From an uncultured Hormoscilla sp. (GTDB lineage Bacteria; Cyanobacteriota; Cyanobacteriia; Cyanobacteriales; Desertifilaceae), in contig OZ001293.3 of assembly GCA_963921275.4 (NCBI GenBank), positions 4,544,001 through 4,608,000 on the forward strand: DNA of 64,000 nt, given 5' to 3'. Under the pieces are notes generated by a model. That model was not told where the DNA came from and made no database searches. It worked only from the letters and a program-made list of their open reading frames with translations. The position numbers and the translations under genes are program-made. Numbering within the stretch: the stretch's first letter is position 1; each line of letters starts with the position of its first letter. Positions 46,163 through 58,500 of this stretch are shown one piece after another.

Positions 46163-46888
46163 CTATTCCATCCTGGTCCGCTGGGATGATGTTCTACTCC
46201 GACGGCGGCGGGAGTCTCTGCCCGATCGCTTAGCGTGCGCGGAGCGCAATCGCAGTTTGCGACTAACTTCGACAAACAGGTCCCGCCGCAGGTACGGATA
46301 GTCACTCACCCACAGATTAAGACTGGGAATATAGATATCTGAGGTCTTGGCAATGCGGCTGAGGTCTGGTTTATTGGAGACTACTAGCATCTGGGCCACC
46401 ATCCCCACGTCGATCGATCGATATTCGCGGCGTATGGGAACCTGTAGCTGGCTCTGGAAACCAGACTCATCGCCCACTTCCAAGTTTAGCCTGCGCTCCC
46501 GGTTTTCTACGATCACTAATTCTCCCCGTGAGTTCACCGTTTCCTCCATGCCGATCACATCATCTGTGATAAAAACATCGAGTACCCGACCTTGCCAGAA
46601 GCCACTGTAGGGGTATTTCCGATACATTATATTCCTCCGACTTGCCCAGAAGATGGGACCCCACAGCCAGTAAGTCCCTACTGTAATGCCAACGGCAAAT
46701 ATAAAGATCCCAAGGCTTTGACCAAAGGGCGAGATGCGTAAGAAAAAGACAATCACGACGCCAATGACTGAAATTAATAGGCGTCTGAGAAAATCTGGGA
46801 ATTTTCCCCAATAATATTGGTACTGGCTACCAGTAGCGACAGTAGGTATCAGTTCTTCAAATGTATTGCGAGTTATTGAAATTAACAT
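46163..46888 (-). CDS. Conserved hypothetical membrane protein
   Basis: Two TM segments; GELVIVENRERRLNLEVGDESGF; SDR-like insertion in the tail. Confidence 0.75.
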   Translation of the reverse strand: MLISITRNTFEELIPTVATGSQYQYYWGKFPDFLRRLLISVIGVVIVFFLRISPFGQSLGIFIFAVGITVGTYWLWGPIFWASRRNIMYRKYPYSGFWQGRVLDVFITDDVIGMEETVNSRGELVIVENRERRLNLEVGDESGFQSQLQVPIRREYRSIDVGMVAQMLVVSNKPDLSRIAKTSDIYIPSLNLWVSDYPYLRRDLFVEVSRKLRLRSAHAKRSGRDSRRRRSRTSSQRTRME

Positions 46889-46893
46889 TGATT

Positions 46894-47246
46894 TGGTTAG
46901 TTGTCAGGGGTTAGTTGTCAGTGGTTAGTTGTTAGTGGTTAGTTGTCAGTGGTTAGTTGTTAGTTTTTAGCAGATTGGGCCCGTTTATGGGTAGTAATAA
47001 TTATACAGCAAGTGGCGATCAGGCAGGCTTGGGCAATAGTCAAGCGACTCGACAGCATGAAAGCCTTAGATTATTCATTTCATCAATTCCTCTTACTGTC
47101 AGGTTGAGAAAGAAGTATTATAGATTAGTATACCTCGTCATGAGTTCCAATGTCAATAAAATTAAAAATTCAAAATTGACAACCCACAACTGACAACCCA
47201 TAACCGACAACCCATAACTGACAACCCACAACTGACAACCCACAAC
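46894..47246. repeat. Two oppositely oriented STRR-type heptamer/14-mer tracts
   Basis: GGTTAGTTGTCAGT repeats at 46894-46965 and TGACAACCCACAAC repeats at 47178-47246; similar tract at 22995-23057. Confidence 0.85.
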
Positions 47247-47463
47247 TTTTACTGACTCTTCTCAACCTAGTATGCTAAATTTATAGCTAATGTGCCTGAA
47301 ACCCTTTACCCATGCTGGTTCCAACGCCTGTGCATTGCATATCAGTCGCTCTCGAGCGACGACAACCTCAAACCCATGCAAACTTTTGGTTTGAGGCTAT
47401 GAGGATGGCAATTTAGCATACCATTTCACGAAGAGCCCTTTTACTTAAAGGAGGCTAGGCAAG

Positions 47464-47713
47464 ATGAACAGTACAAAAACCATGCCCGTTCTACCCGTAG
47501 AAGCTTATACTTCTCAAGAATGGTTCGATAAGGAACCAAAATACATCTTTAGTCGCACCTAACAGTTTGCGAGTTTTGTGGAAGATTTAACCGCACCTGG
47601 AGAATATATTACAGTTCAAGCTGGACTTAACAATATTCTGATTATTTATGGCGAAGACAAGCAATTAAGAGCCTTTCACAACCTTTGTCGCCATCGCGGA
47701 ACTCAGTTATTAC
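47464..47713 (+). pseudogene. Rieske aromatic-ring oxygenase alpha subunit N-terminal fragment
   Basis: LPVEAYTSQEWF...RAFHNLCRHRGTQLL with an internal stop; cut at an ISKra4-like end GGGTGCATCCC (47714). Confidence 0.8.
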
Positions 47714-47799
47714 GGGTGCATCCCAAAGTTTTGCTAAGTACAAATATTTAGATTAAAGAGAGAGGCTTTTAGGATAATCTACCCGCAGCTTCCTCTGGG

Positions 47800-48480
47800 C
47801 TGTAACTAAAGATAGCATTACTAGCTATCAACTACTCTGAAGGGCATTAATTGAACAAGCAGTTAAGAAATTTCGCCGCATTGTTAGCAATAGGCGGACT
47901 TTCCCGTGCCGCCCAATAATTGGATATAGGAGTTTGGGGGAGACTCCCGAGAACGCGAATGGAAGCAGAAGCGATTCTCGGCCTGGTGCCCAAATCAGAG
48001 AGTACCCATGCTTTTGATTTTGCTGCCAATCGTGCTACTGTGACTAATCTCCAACTCAGTCAGTACCAAATTATCCATTTTGCTACCCACGGACTCCTGA
48101 ATAGCGTCAATCCGGAACTTTCTGGGATTGTCTTGTCGATGGTGGACGAACGGGCAAACTCCCAGAATGGCTTTTTGCGTATGCATGATGTTTTCAACCT
48201 CGATCTTGCCGCCGACTTAGTAGTTTTGAGTGCCTGTAAAACTGGATTAGGGAAACAAGTGCGAGGAGAAGGATTAGTGGGATTAACCAGGGGATTTATG
48301 TATGCAGATGCGCCCCAGTATTAGTGAGTTTGTGGGATATAGACGATGCTGCGACTGCCGAAATGATGAAGAGATTCTACCGCTTGATGTTAAAAGAAAA
48401 ATTATCAGCAACGGAGGCATTAAGAGCAGCACAGCGGCAGATACAAACCGAAACCAAGTGGAAATCACCTTTTTGTATGC
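47800..48480 (+). pseudogene. CHAT domain C-terminal fragment
   Basis: IIHFATHG, ADLVVLSACKTGLG, GEGLVGLTRGFMYA, VSLWDIDD. Confidence 0.85.
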
Positions 48481-49236
48481 AGCGATCGCCTGTGGTTTCA
48501 GGGCGATCGCCTTTTGGTGGCATGCGATCGCCTCTGCTAAGTTCCCCCATCCTTGATAGCAGTTACCCAACTGATTATAAAATTCCGCCTGTTCTGGTTT
48601 AATGGCAATGGCTTTTTTATAATAGGCGATCGCCTCTTTTCTGCGGTCATACTCTTCCATAATTCTAGCCAATTTATAGTAAACTTCCGCACCGTTGACG
48701 TTAATGCTGATGACCTTTTCGTAGCAGGCGAGCGCCTGTTGGTAATGAGCGCATTCGCCTCTCGATAACGCTTTTCCTCCTTCAGCATCGCCGCCAATTT
48801 TTCATGGGCCGCTCCACTCCGGATCAGCGGTACCACTTGCTGGTGCGTCTCGCGCGGCCTCTAATCTTTTTCCCTGTTTTTCCAGGGCCCAAGCCAGGTT
48901 ATTATAAGCATCAAGATAATCAGGCTTCACTGCGAGCGCCTGTTTGTAGGCAGCGATCGCCTGTTCTCTTTTTCCTTGTTGCCAGAAGCTAGACCCCAGA
49001 TTATTATAAGCCTCATGGTAATCTGGCTTTATGGATATCACCTGTTGGAAATAGCCGATCGCCCGATCGTATTCCTTCGTCCGATAAGCAATAATTCCCA
49101 GCAGAAGCATAGCCTCTAACTGGTGAGGCTGCTGTTCTAGCATCGCCAAATAAACAGCCCTCGCTTTATCCATACGTCCGGCTTTGTAGTGACTCAAAGC
49201 CTCTCTTAACCAATCGTTACCTGCTTGCTGTACCAT
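48475..49236 (-). pseudogene. TPR-glycosyltransferase paralog 1, frameshifted and truncated
   Basis: MVQQAGNDWLREALSHY start; TPR fragments in three frames. Confidence 0.85.
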
Positions 49237-49632
49237 TTCACCTCCTAATCATAACAGACAAACCAACGTTAATCATAGCTTCAATTTCCAACTGTTTAAT
49301 TTCTGATTCCCGGGATATTTTATTTTAACAGACCTGCGGCTGGAAAACTCCTTCCAGGAACAACAATTTCCTGGAATAATTTCTCTTCTAATTCTACATC
49401 TATGCTGCACCACCACAACAGGCCCAATGCCAAAAAGTGAGAAACTGCCAGTCCGATAGAGTTAACCCCTTTTCTTCTTATTCTCAACCCCGATCGCGTA
49501 GCGTGCGCGCAGCGCATTCGATGGAAATTACCTGAATTTTTGGTTGTTGCTCTAACAACTCACCCGCGGAGGCGCGATCCGGGAGGTTCTCCCGATACCG
49601 CCTTCGGCGCGCTCTTCGCTGTTAATACTGCT

Positions 49633-51642
49633 TTAACCTGGGCAAACACACTCGGCCAGTCTCCCAGTTTTGTTTGACGATCGGGGCCGCATCGTGGGAT
49701 ACCAAGGGCTATCCGATCGATCGAGGAACCAGCGCCAGTCAGGAGAAAAAGGTAACAGCACCCAGACAGGTTTTCCTAAAGCACCTGCTAGATGGGCAAC
49801 TGATGTATCTACAAAAATTACTAAGTCTAATTGTGAGATAACAGCAGCAGAAGAGGCGAAGTCATTCAACAGCTCTCTTAAATCCTGTATAGGTGCCCCA
49901 TCCAGGATATCTGTATGTTCCTTTTGCAAACTATAAAGAAAAATCCCTAATATCTGCGACAGTTCCAGAAACAGGGAAACCGGACAAGACCGCTTGCTAG
50001 CTGTAGGACTTTTAGCATTAACAGCCCACACAATGCCGACTTTTACTTCTCCTTCCGTTCGTAGCAAGCCACTGTACTTGACGGTGTCCTTCTCTTCAGC
50101 GTACAAATAGGGTATTCGAGCCGGAATAGTTTCTATAGTCGTACCCAGGATGCGGGGGAGACTCATCAGGGGGACTTGCACGTCAAATGCTGGTAATGGT
50201 TCGCCCATGACTACCACCTCCTGAACGCCAGAGACCGTAGTAAACAAGCGCCTGAGATCTGGATATGTTTCCACAATTACTTTACCAGCACCCAGCTGGG
50301 TTACTAAGGGCGCGTAACGGATGAATTGGATAGCGTCCCCGTGTCCCTGTTCTGTATGTAAAAGAATAGTTTTTCCTGCCAGTGGCGAACCGTCCCAAAG
50401 AGGTTTTCCCCCATCGCGCAGCGTGGCGCAGCCATAGCGTTGTTCCGGGGTCTGTCCCCGGAACAACCATGATGAATGGCGCCAGCGCCATTCATATTCT
50501 ACAAATCCTTGGCTCAAGTCCTGCAATAATAACAAGCACCTTCCCAGATTTAAGTGAGCCCTTACTGCATCTGGGTTTAAGGCAATAACATGACGGTAAT
50601 AGCCGATCGCCTCTTGTAATTTCAGTTTTTTTCGCAGGGCAAAACCCAGGTTGCTGTAGACTTCGGCAAGGTCTGGTTTCAGGGCGATCGCCTTTTGGTG
50701 GCATGCGATCGCCTCTGCAAACTTACGCTGCTCTTGCCAAGCGGTCCCCATCCTATTGTAAGCTTCTGGATAATCTGGTTTAATTGCCAGAGCCTGACGA
50801 TATTGTCCGATCGCCTCTGCTATTTTACCCTGCTTTTGCAGTATCACCCCCAGGTCGCAATTTGCGTCCAGATAGTTCGGCTTTAAGGCGATCGCCTGTT
50901 CATACTGCCTCGCCGCCTCTGCTAACTTTTCACATCTTTGATAGCATTTCCCCAACTGATTGTAAAATTTCGCTTCTGGTTTAATGGCAATGGCTTTTTC
51001 ATAATAGGCGATAGCCTCTTCTCTGCGGTCCTGCTCTTCCATAATTTTAGCCGCATTATAGTAAGCATCCGCACATTTGGGGTCAATGCCCCGAGCCCCC
51101 TTTTCGTAGCAGGCGATCTCTTGTTGGTAATGAGCGAGCGCCTCTTGATAACGCTTTCCTTGGCGACGCATCGCCGCCAATTTTTCAGGGGTCGCGCCAC
51201 TCGGGATCAGCGATCCCACTTGCTGGTCAGTCTCCTTCGCGTAGCGTGCGCGCAGCTCGATCGCCTCTAATCTTTTTCCCTGTTTTTCCAGGGCCAAAAC
51301 CAGGTTATCATAAGCATTAAGATAATCAGGCTTCACTGCGATCGCCTGTTTGTAGGCAGCGATCGCCTGTTCGATTTTTCCCTGTTCCCAGAAGCAAGCC
51401 CCCAGATTATTATAAGTCTCAGGCCAATCTGGCTTTATAGATATCACCTGTTGAAAATAGCCGATCGCCCGATCGTATTCCCTCGTCTGATAAGCAATAA
51501 TTCCTAGCATCTGCATAGCCTCTACCTTGTGAGGCTGCTGTTCTAGCATCGCCAAATAAACAGCCCTCGCTTCATTCAGACGTCCGGCTTGGTAGTGACT
51601 CAAAGCCTCTCTTAACCAATCGTTCCCTGCTTGCTGTACCAT
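49633..51642 (-). CDS. TPR-repeat glycosyltransferase (GT9-like C-terminus), frameshifted extreme C-terminus
   Basis: Many TPRs; EQGHGDAIQFIRY, DTSVAHLAGALGKP, DWRW...SPWYPTMR. Confidence 0.85.
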   Translation of the reverse strand: MVQQAGNDWLREALSHYQAGRLNEARAVYLAMLEQQPHKVEAMQMLGIIAYQTREYDRAIGYFQQVISIKPDWPETYNNLGACFWEQGKIEQAIAAYKQAIAVKPDYLNAYDNLVLALEKQGKRLEAIELRARYAKETDQQVGSLIPSGATPEKLAAMRRQGKRYQEALAHYQQEIACYEKGARGIDPKCADAYYNAAKIMEEQDRREEAIAYYEKAIAIKPEAKFYNQLGKCYQRCEKLAEAARQYEQAIALKPNYLDANCDLGVILQKQGKIAEAIGQYRQALAIKPDYPEAYNRMGTAWQEQRKFAEAIACHQKAIALKPDLAEVYSNLGFALRKKLKLQEAIGYYRHVIALNPDAVRAHLNLGRCLLLLQDLSQGFVEYEWRWRHSSWLFRGQTPEQRYGCATLRDGGKPLWDGSPLAGKTILLHTEQGHGDAIQFIRYAPLVTQLGAGKVIVETYPDLRRLFTTVSGVQEVVVMGEPLPAFDVQVPLMSLPRILGTTIETIPARIPYLYAEEKDTVKYSGLLRTEGEVKVGIVWAVNAKSPTASKRSCPVSLFLELSQILGIFLYSLQKEHTDILDGAPIQDLRELLNDFASSAAVISQLDLVIFVDTSVAHLAGALGKPVWVLLPFSPDWRWFLDRSDSPWYPTMRPRSSNKTGRLAECVCPG

Positions 51643-51836
51643 TTCACCTCCTAATCATAACAGACAAACCAACGTTAATCATAGCTTCAATTTCCAACTG
51701 TTTAATTTCTGATTCCCGGGATATTTTATTTTAACAGACCCTCCGACGGAAATTACCTGAATTTTTGGTTATTGCTCTCACAACTCACCCACGGAGGCGC
51801 GATCCGGGAGGCGCGCTCTTCGCTGTTAATGCTGCC

Positions 51837-54098
51837 TTAACCTGAGCAAACACACTCGGCCAGTCTCCCAGTTTTGTTTGACGATCGGGGCCGCATCGTG
51901 GGATACCAAGGGCTATCCGATCGATCTAGGAACCAGCGCCAGTTAGGAGAAAAAGGTAACAGCACCCAGACAGGTTTTCCTAAAGCACCTGCTAGATGGG
52001 CAACTGATGTATCTACAGAAATTACTAAGTCTAATTGTGAGATAACAGCAGCCGAAGAGGCGAAGTCATGCAACAGCTCTCTTAAATCTTGTATAGGTGC
52101 CCCATCCAGGATATCTGTATGTTCCTTTTGCAAACTATAAAGAGAAACTCCTGGTATCTGCGACAGTTCCAGAAATAGGGACACTGGACAAGACCGCTTG
52201 CTAGCTGTAAGACTTTTAGCATTAGCAGCCCACACAATGCCGACCTTTACCCTGTATTCGGGATGCGCCGTTCGTAGTACTCCACTGTACTTGACGGCGC
52301 CTTCCGCGTGCTCTTGTCCTTCAGGACAAAGGCCAGCTCCAGGCACCGCAGCTTCCTTCTCTTCAGCGTACAAATAGGGTATTCGAGCCGGAATGGTTTC
52401 TATAGTCGTACCCAGGATGCGGGGGAGACTCATCAGGGAAACTTGCAGGTCAAAGGCTGGTAATGGTTCGCCCTTGACTACCACCTGCTGAAGGCCAGAG
52501 ACCGTAGTAAACAAGCGTCTGAGAGTCGGATAGGTTTCCAGAATCACTTTACCAGCACCCCGCTGGGCTACTAAGGGCGCGTAACGGACGAACTGGATAG
52601 CGTCCCCGTGTCCCTGTTCTGTATGTAGGAAAATAGTTTTTCTTGCCAGTGGCGAACCATCCCAAGGGGGTTTTCCCAAGCGTTCTTCCGGGGTCCGTGC
52701 CCGGAAAAACTCTACTTTTAGGCGCCGGTCCCATTCAATTTATACAAATCCTTGTCGAAAATTCTGCAATAATAATAAGCACATTCCCAGACCCATGTGG
52801 GCCATTGCTGCATCTGGCTTTAAAACAATAGCATGGCGGTAATAGCCGATCGCCTCTTGTAATTTCAGTTGTTCTCGCAGGGCAAAACCCAGGTTGCTGT
52901 AGACTTCGGCAAGGTCTGGTTTCAGGGCGATCGCCTTTTGGTAGCATGCGATCGCCTCTGCTAACTTACCCTGATTTTGCCAAGCGGTCCCCATCCTATT
53001 GTAAGCTTCTGGATAATCTGGTTTAATTGCCAGAGCCTGGCAATATTGTCTGATCGCTTCTGCTATTTTACGCTGCTTTTGCAGTATCACCCCCAGGTTG
53101 CAAATTGCTTCTAGATAGTTCGGCTTTAAGGCGATCGCCCGTTCATACTGTCTCGCCGCCTCTGCTAAGTTCCCACATCTTTGATAGTATGCACCCAACC
53201 TATTGTACAATTTCGCCTCTGGTTTAATGGCAATGGCTTTTTTACAATAGGCGATCGCCTCTTCTCTGCGGTCCTGCTCTTCCATAATTCTGGCCGCCTT
53301 ATAGTAAGCATCCGCATAGTTGGGGTCAATGCTGATAGCCTTTTCGTAGCAGGCGAGCGCTTGTTCCTTATGGCCCAAGGAGTGCAAAACTACGCCCAAA
53401 TTATTGTGCAGGCCCATATCCTGGGGATTGAGAGCGATCGCCTCCCGGTATACCGATACTGCTTCTGCTAGCTTCCCGGTATTTTGGAGACATACCCCCA
53501 ACAAATTCATGGTTTTGCTATTTCCCGGATGGGCCAATAGCGCTTGGCGACAGAGGGCGATCGCCTTGTCTTTTTCTCTCTTTTGATACCAACTCATCGC
53601 CTGTTGGTAATGAGCGCTCGCCTCTTGATAACGCTTTTCCTCCTTCAGCATCGCCGCCGATTTTTCATGGGCCGCTCCACTCCGAATCAGCGGTACCACT
53701 TGCTGGTGCGTCTCGCGCATATCTAATCTTTTTCCCTGTTTTTCCAGGGCCAAAACCAGGTTATCATAAGCATCAAGATAATCAGGATTCACTGCGATCG
53801 CCTGTTTGTAAGCAGCGATCGCCTGTTCGATTTTTCCCTGTTTTCAGAAGCAAGCCCCCAGATTATTATAAGTCTCATGCCAATTTGGCTTTATAGACAT
53901 CACCTGTTGGAAATAGTTGATTGCTCGATCGTATTCCCTCGTCCGATAAGCAATAATTCCCAGCATCTGCATAGCCTCTACCTGGTGAGGCTGCTGTTTG
54001 AGCATCGCCAAATAAACAGCCCTCGCTTCATTCAGACGTCCGGCTTTGTAGTGACCCAAAGCCTTTCTTAACCAATCATTATCCGCTTGCTGTACCAT
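51837..54098 (-). pseudogene. TPR-glycosyltransferase paralog 3, two internal frameshifts
   Basis: ORFs 53844-54098, 52740-53792 and 51837-52679 tile the middle paralog. Confidence 0.9.
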
Positions 54099-54715
54099 TT
54101 CACCTCCTAATCATAACAGACAAACCAACGTTAATCATAGCTTCAATTTCCAACTGTTGAATTTCTGATTCCCGGGATATTTTATTTTAACAGACCCTCC
54201 GACGGAAATTACCTGAGTTTTTGGCGGTTCTCCCGATACCGCAAGTTATTGCTCTCACAACTCACCCAGGACATGCGATCCGGCCGCTCGACAGTGCTCT
54301 CGTCTTGCGGTGAGCGAAGTCAAACCGGCGGTGAGCAAAGTCGAACCGCAAGACGAGAGTCGGGCTAGTATTACACTAGCACATCAAAATCAATTCAGCA
54401 ACTTTAAAGTAAAGCATAATTTCTTTGCCAACACCATGGTAATAGTAGATGAATTACAACAGCACTCCGAGCAGATAATTATGTTAGCATATTAGATGGT
54501 AGTGTGTTGGCTAGCACCGGTAGTCTTAGATATTTACTTTGCCGCTGGGAGCTTGTAGCTTTGGTTCCGAAAAAACCAGTTACACCGGGAGAGTCGCGCG
54601 AAAAGCGCTTGCCGTTGGAAAACACCCCACCGCCCGAACTTTAAAAAACCCGGCTACACCTTTCCTACCCGCCTCCGCAGGCTAATACTCTCGTCACCGA
54701 CAATTTATGAAGTTG

Positions 54716-55035
54716 TTTTAGCCCAAACATGGCCTAGTTTAGCCCAAGCATGGCCCCGGTTAGCTCAGATATGGCTTAGCTTAGCCATCTTTGGACTAGT
54801 TTAGCTCAGACATGGCTTAATTTAGCCCAAAGTTGCCTAAAATAGCCCAAACATGGCCTAAAATAGCCCAAACATGGCCCTCCCATGGCCATTTTTAGCC
54901 CTCCCATGGCCTAGTTTAGCTCAGACATGGCCTAGTTTAGTCCAAAGTGGCCTATTTTAATCCCAAATGGTCTAGGTTAGCCCAAAAATGGCCATGGTTA
55001 ACCCCAAAATGGCCATTTTTAGCCCAAACATGGCC
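54716..55035. repeat. Degenerate ~21-22 bp tandem repeat (TTAGCCCAAACATGGCCTAGT)
   Basis: More than a dozen imperfect units by eye. Confidence 0.85.
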
Positions 55036-55588
55036 AAAAAACAGCGCAGCCTGCTTTAGTCAAAAATGAGCCTAAGCTAGCAAGGTTAAGACAGAACCAG
55101 AGAAAGATATATTACCATGACCGGGTGCTACCTCAGAATACTCCAGCTAACAATTTCAGGAAACGGTAACACTATTAGTAGTAACGACCAACACTGGCTG
55201 TTCTTTGTCAGAAAGCAGTACAAATTTCGATAACCGACCTTTAGCAACGGGGGCCCAGAAAGGCAATAGCGGCGGGGCGGCAGGCATAAGCGGTGCCCTG
55301 TTTGTCTTTAAATGGACGGTCAGAATGACCAACTTTCCGGATAGCATAAAAAAGTAATTTTATGTATCAGAGACGAAAAAACATAAAGATCCGTAAAGTA
55401 TAAGTAGGTAATCCATATTTCTTAAGATTTTTTAAATAGGTCGCAACTTGAGTTATGATAGACCTAGGTGCGACTCGTTCCGGCGTAAGTTAGAAATATG
55501 ACGATAGTCGGGCTAGTATTACACCAGCATTTCTACAGAAAAATACAAGAGAAACCAAAAAATAAAACATAATACCAATGCCAACACC

Positions 55589-58500
55589 ATGGTAGTAGTG
55601 GATGCCTCCCTAGAAAACTACCAGCAGCTTATAGACGGCATCCGGCCTGGGGCCAAATCTTTTTTCTTAGACCTTCGGTCCGATGGCATCGAACAGATCG
55701 GCGAACTTCTCCGACAGCATCAAGAAACAGAGGTTCTGCACCTACTCTCCCATGGCAGCCCTGGCTGTCTGTATCTGGGAAACTCCCAACTGAGTTTAGA
55801 TACTCTAGGAGATTACGCTTCTACCCTGCAGAAGTGGAAAGTAAAACAACTCCTACTCTACGGCTGTAACGTCGCCGCCGGAGATGCAGGAGAGGAGTTG
55901 ATGACTAAGCTACAGGCCCTGACCGGGGCATCCCTCGCCGCCTCTACTACCCGGACAGGGGCAGCAGCCCGGGGCGGAAATTGGAGGTTGGAGTGGCGAA
56001 CTCCGGGGATGAAAACTCCCTTAGCATTGTCCGCAGAAGCTCAGATGGCCTATGGGGGCATATTGATCTCCCAGCAGGAGTATCAGGCCTTAAGGGCTCT
56101 CTATCAAAGCACCAATGGGGCTTCTTGGAGTAACAATACAGGCTGGCAAGACTGGAATTTCAACAGCCCAACTCCCCCCAATGATTCTGTTGTTAATGGT
56201 TGGCATGGAGTGACGGTAGCTAGCTCCCGGGTGATTAACCTCGAGCTGAACTTCAACCAACTGACTGGCAGCATCCCGACGGAGTTAGGGAATCTTTCCA
56301 ATTTGGAGTCTCTCTTGCTGTCCTTCAACCAACTGACTGGCAGCATCCCGACGGAGTTAGGGAATCTTTCCAATTTGCAGTTTCTCCAGCTGTTTTCCAA
56401 CCAACTGACTGGCAGCATCCCGACGGAGTTAGGGAATCTTTCCAATTTGGAGAATCTCCGGCTGTACTCCAACCAACTGACTGGCAGCATCCCGACGGAG
56501 TTAGGGAATCTTTCCAATTTGCAGTTTCTCCAGCTGTTTTCCAACCAACTGACTGGCAGCATCCCGACGGAGTTAGGGAATCTTTCCAATTTGGTATCTC
56601 TCGTGCTGTTCTCCAACCAACTGACTGGCAGCATCCCGACGGAGTTAGGGAATCTTTCCAATTTGGTATCTCTCGTGCTGTTCTCCAACCAACTGACTGG
56701 CAGCATCCCGACGGAGTTAGGGAATCTTTCCAATTTTATTTGGCTCCGGCTGGACTCCAACGAACTGACTGGCAGCATCCCGACGGAGTTAGGGAATCTT
56801 TCCAATTTGCGATCTCTCCAGCTGTTCTTTAACCAACTGACTGGCAGCATTTCCCAAGAGGTTCTAGATTTGAGTGCTGAGAAGCGATTGGAAAACCCCC
56901 CTTATGTTTTAACCGAGATTCCCTACGTCCAACTCTTGCTAGGTAATAACCTCAACATAAACATTAGCGCAGATTTCCGCGACATCAATAACAACATTAG
57001 TAGCTACGGCGCTAATGGTTTGCCAAACGGTTTAACCATTAACTCCACTACTGGGGTGATCAGCGGCACTCCTACTACTGAGGGCAGTTTTACCGTGACG
57101 GTAACAGCAACGGATAGGGCGGGAGGCCGGGGAGAAGATGAATTTAATATTACGGTATCGATTCCTCTCAATGCAAGTGATTACGACGCCCTTCGGGCTC
57201 TCTATAACAGTACTTCTGGGAATAATTGGAGGAAGAGGACAGGCTGGGATGTCAGCAGCCCAACTCCTCCCTCTGCTAGTGTTGTTAATAGCTGGCATGG
57301 GGTGACGGTAGTGGGCGATCGGGTGACGAAACTCTCCCTGTTCAACAACTCCCTGAGCGGTACGCTCCCCTCGGAGTTAGGCTCCCTCAGCAATTTGCAA
57401 GTCCTCTCCCTGAACTTCAGCTCCCTGAGCGGTACGCTCCCCTCGGAGTTAGGCTCCCTCAGCAATTTGCAAGAGCTCTGGCTGGACAGAAACTCCCTGA
57501 GCGGTACGCTCCCCTCTGAGTTAGGCTCCCTCAGCAATTTGCGAAAGCTCTACCTGCACAGAAACTCCCTGAGCGGTACGCTCCCCTCTGAGTTAGGCTC
57601 CCTCAGCAATTTGCAAGAGCTCTCCCTGCACAGAAACTCCCTGAGCGGTACGCTCCCCTCAACCTTAGGCTCCCTCAGCAATTTGCAAGAGCTCTCCCTG
57701 CACAGAAACTCCCTGAGCGGTACGCTCCCCTCAACCTTAGGCTCCCTCAGCAATTTGCAAAACCTCTACCTGGACAGAAACTCCCTGAGCGGTACGCTCC
57801 CCTCTGAGTTAGGCTCCCTCAGCAATTTGCAAGACCTCTACCTGTTCAACAACTCCCTGAGCGGTACGCTCCCCTCGGAGTTAGGCTCTTTCAGCAATTT
57901 GCAAGAGCTCTACCTGAACAACAACGACTTTCGCGGTACGATCCCCGACAGTATCAACGCTTTGTCAGCATCCAAACGATTGGAAAACCCTCCCTATGTG
58001 GAAATTCAAATTCCCGACGTCAATGCCTTAAGTGGTGAGAAATTCAACTTCAAGGTGGGCGGGAACTTCGGCGACCTCAACAACAACATTAGTAGCTACG
58101 GCGCTAATGGTTTGCCAGACGGTTTAACCATTAACTCCACTACTGGGGTGATCAGCGGCATTCCTACTATTCCTACTATTGATGGCAGTTTTACCGTGAC
58201 GGTAACAGCAACGGATGGGGTGGGATACCGGGGAGAGGATGAATTTAATATTACAGTATCGCGTCCCACTAGCTTCAACCTTTCTGATAGTTTCGCTCTC
58301 AATGGCAACTTTACCAATTTGTACATCGGTGACTTTAATGGGGACAATCATGATGATATCCTCCGTCAAGAAAAGGGCAGTTGGTCCAACGAGGATGCCT
58401 ATCGGACTGCTGAAGTCCTCTTATCCCAAGGTAACGGCAACTTTACCCGCACCACCCTTCCTGATAGTAGATCTCTCAATGGCAACTTTATCAATTTGTA

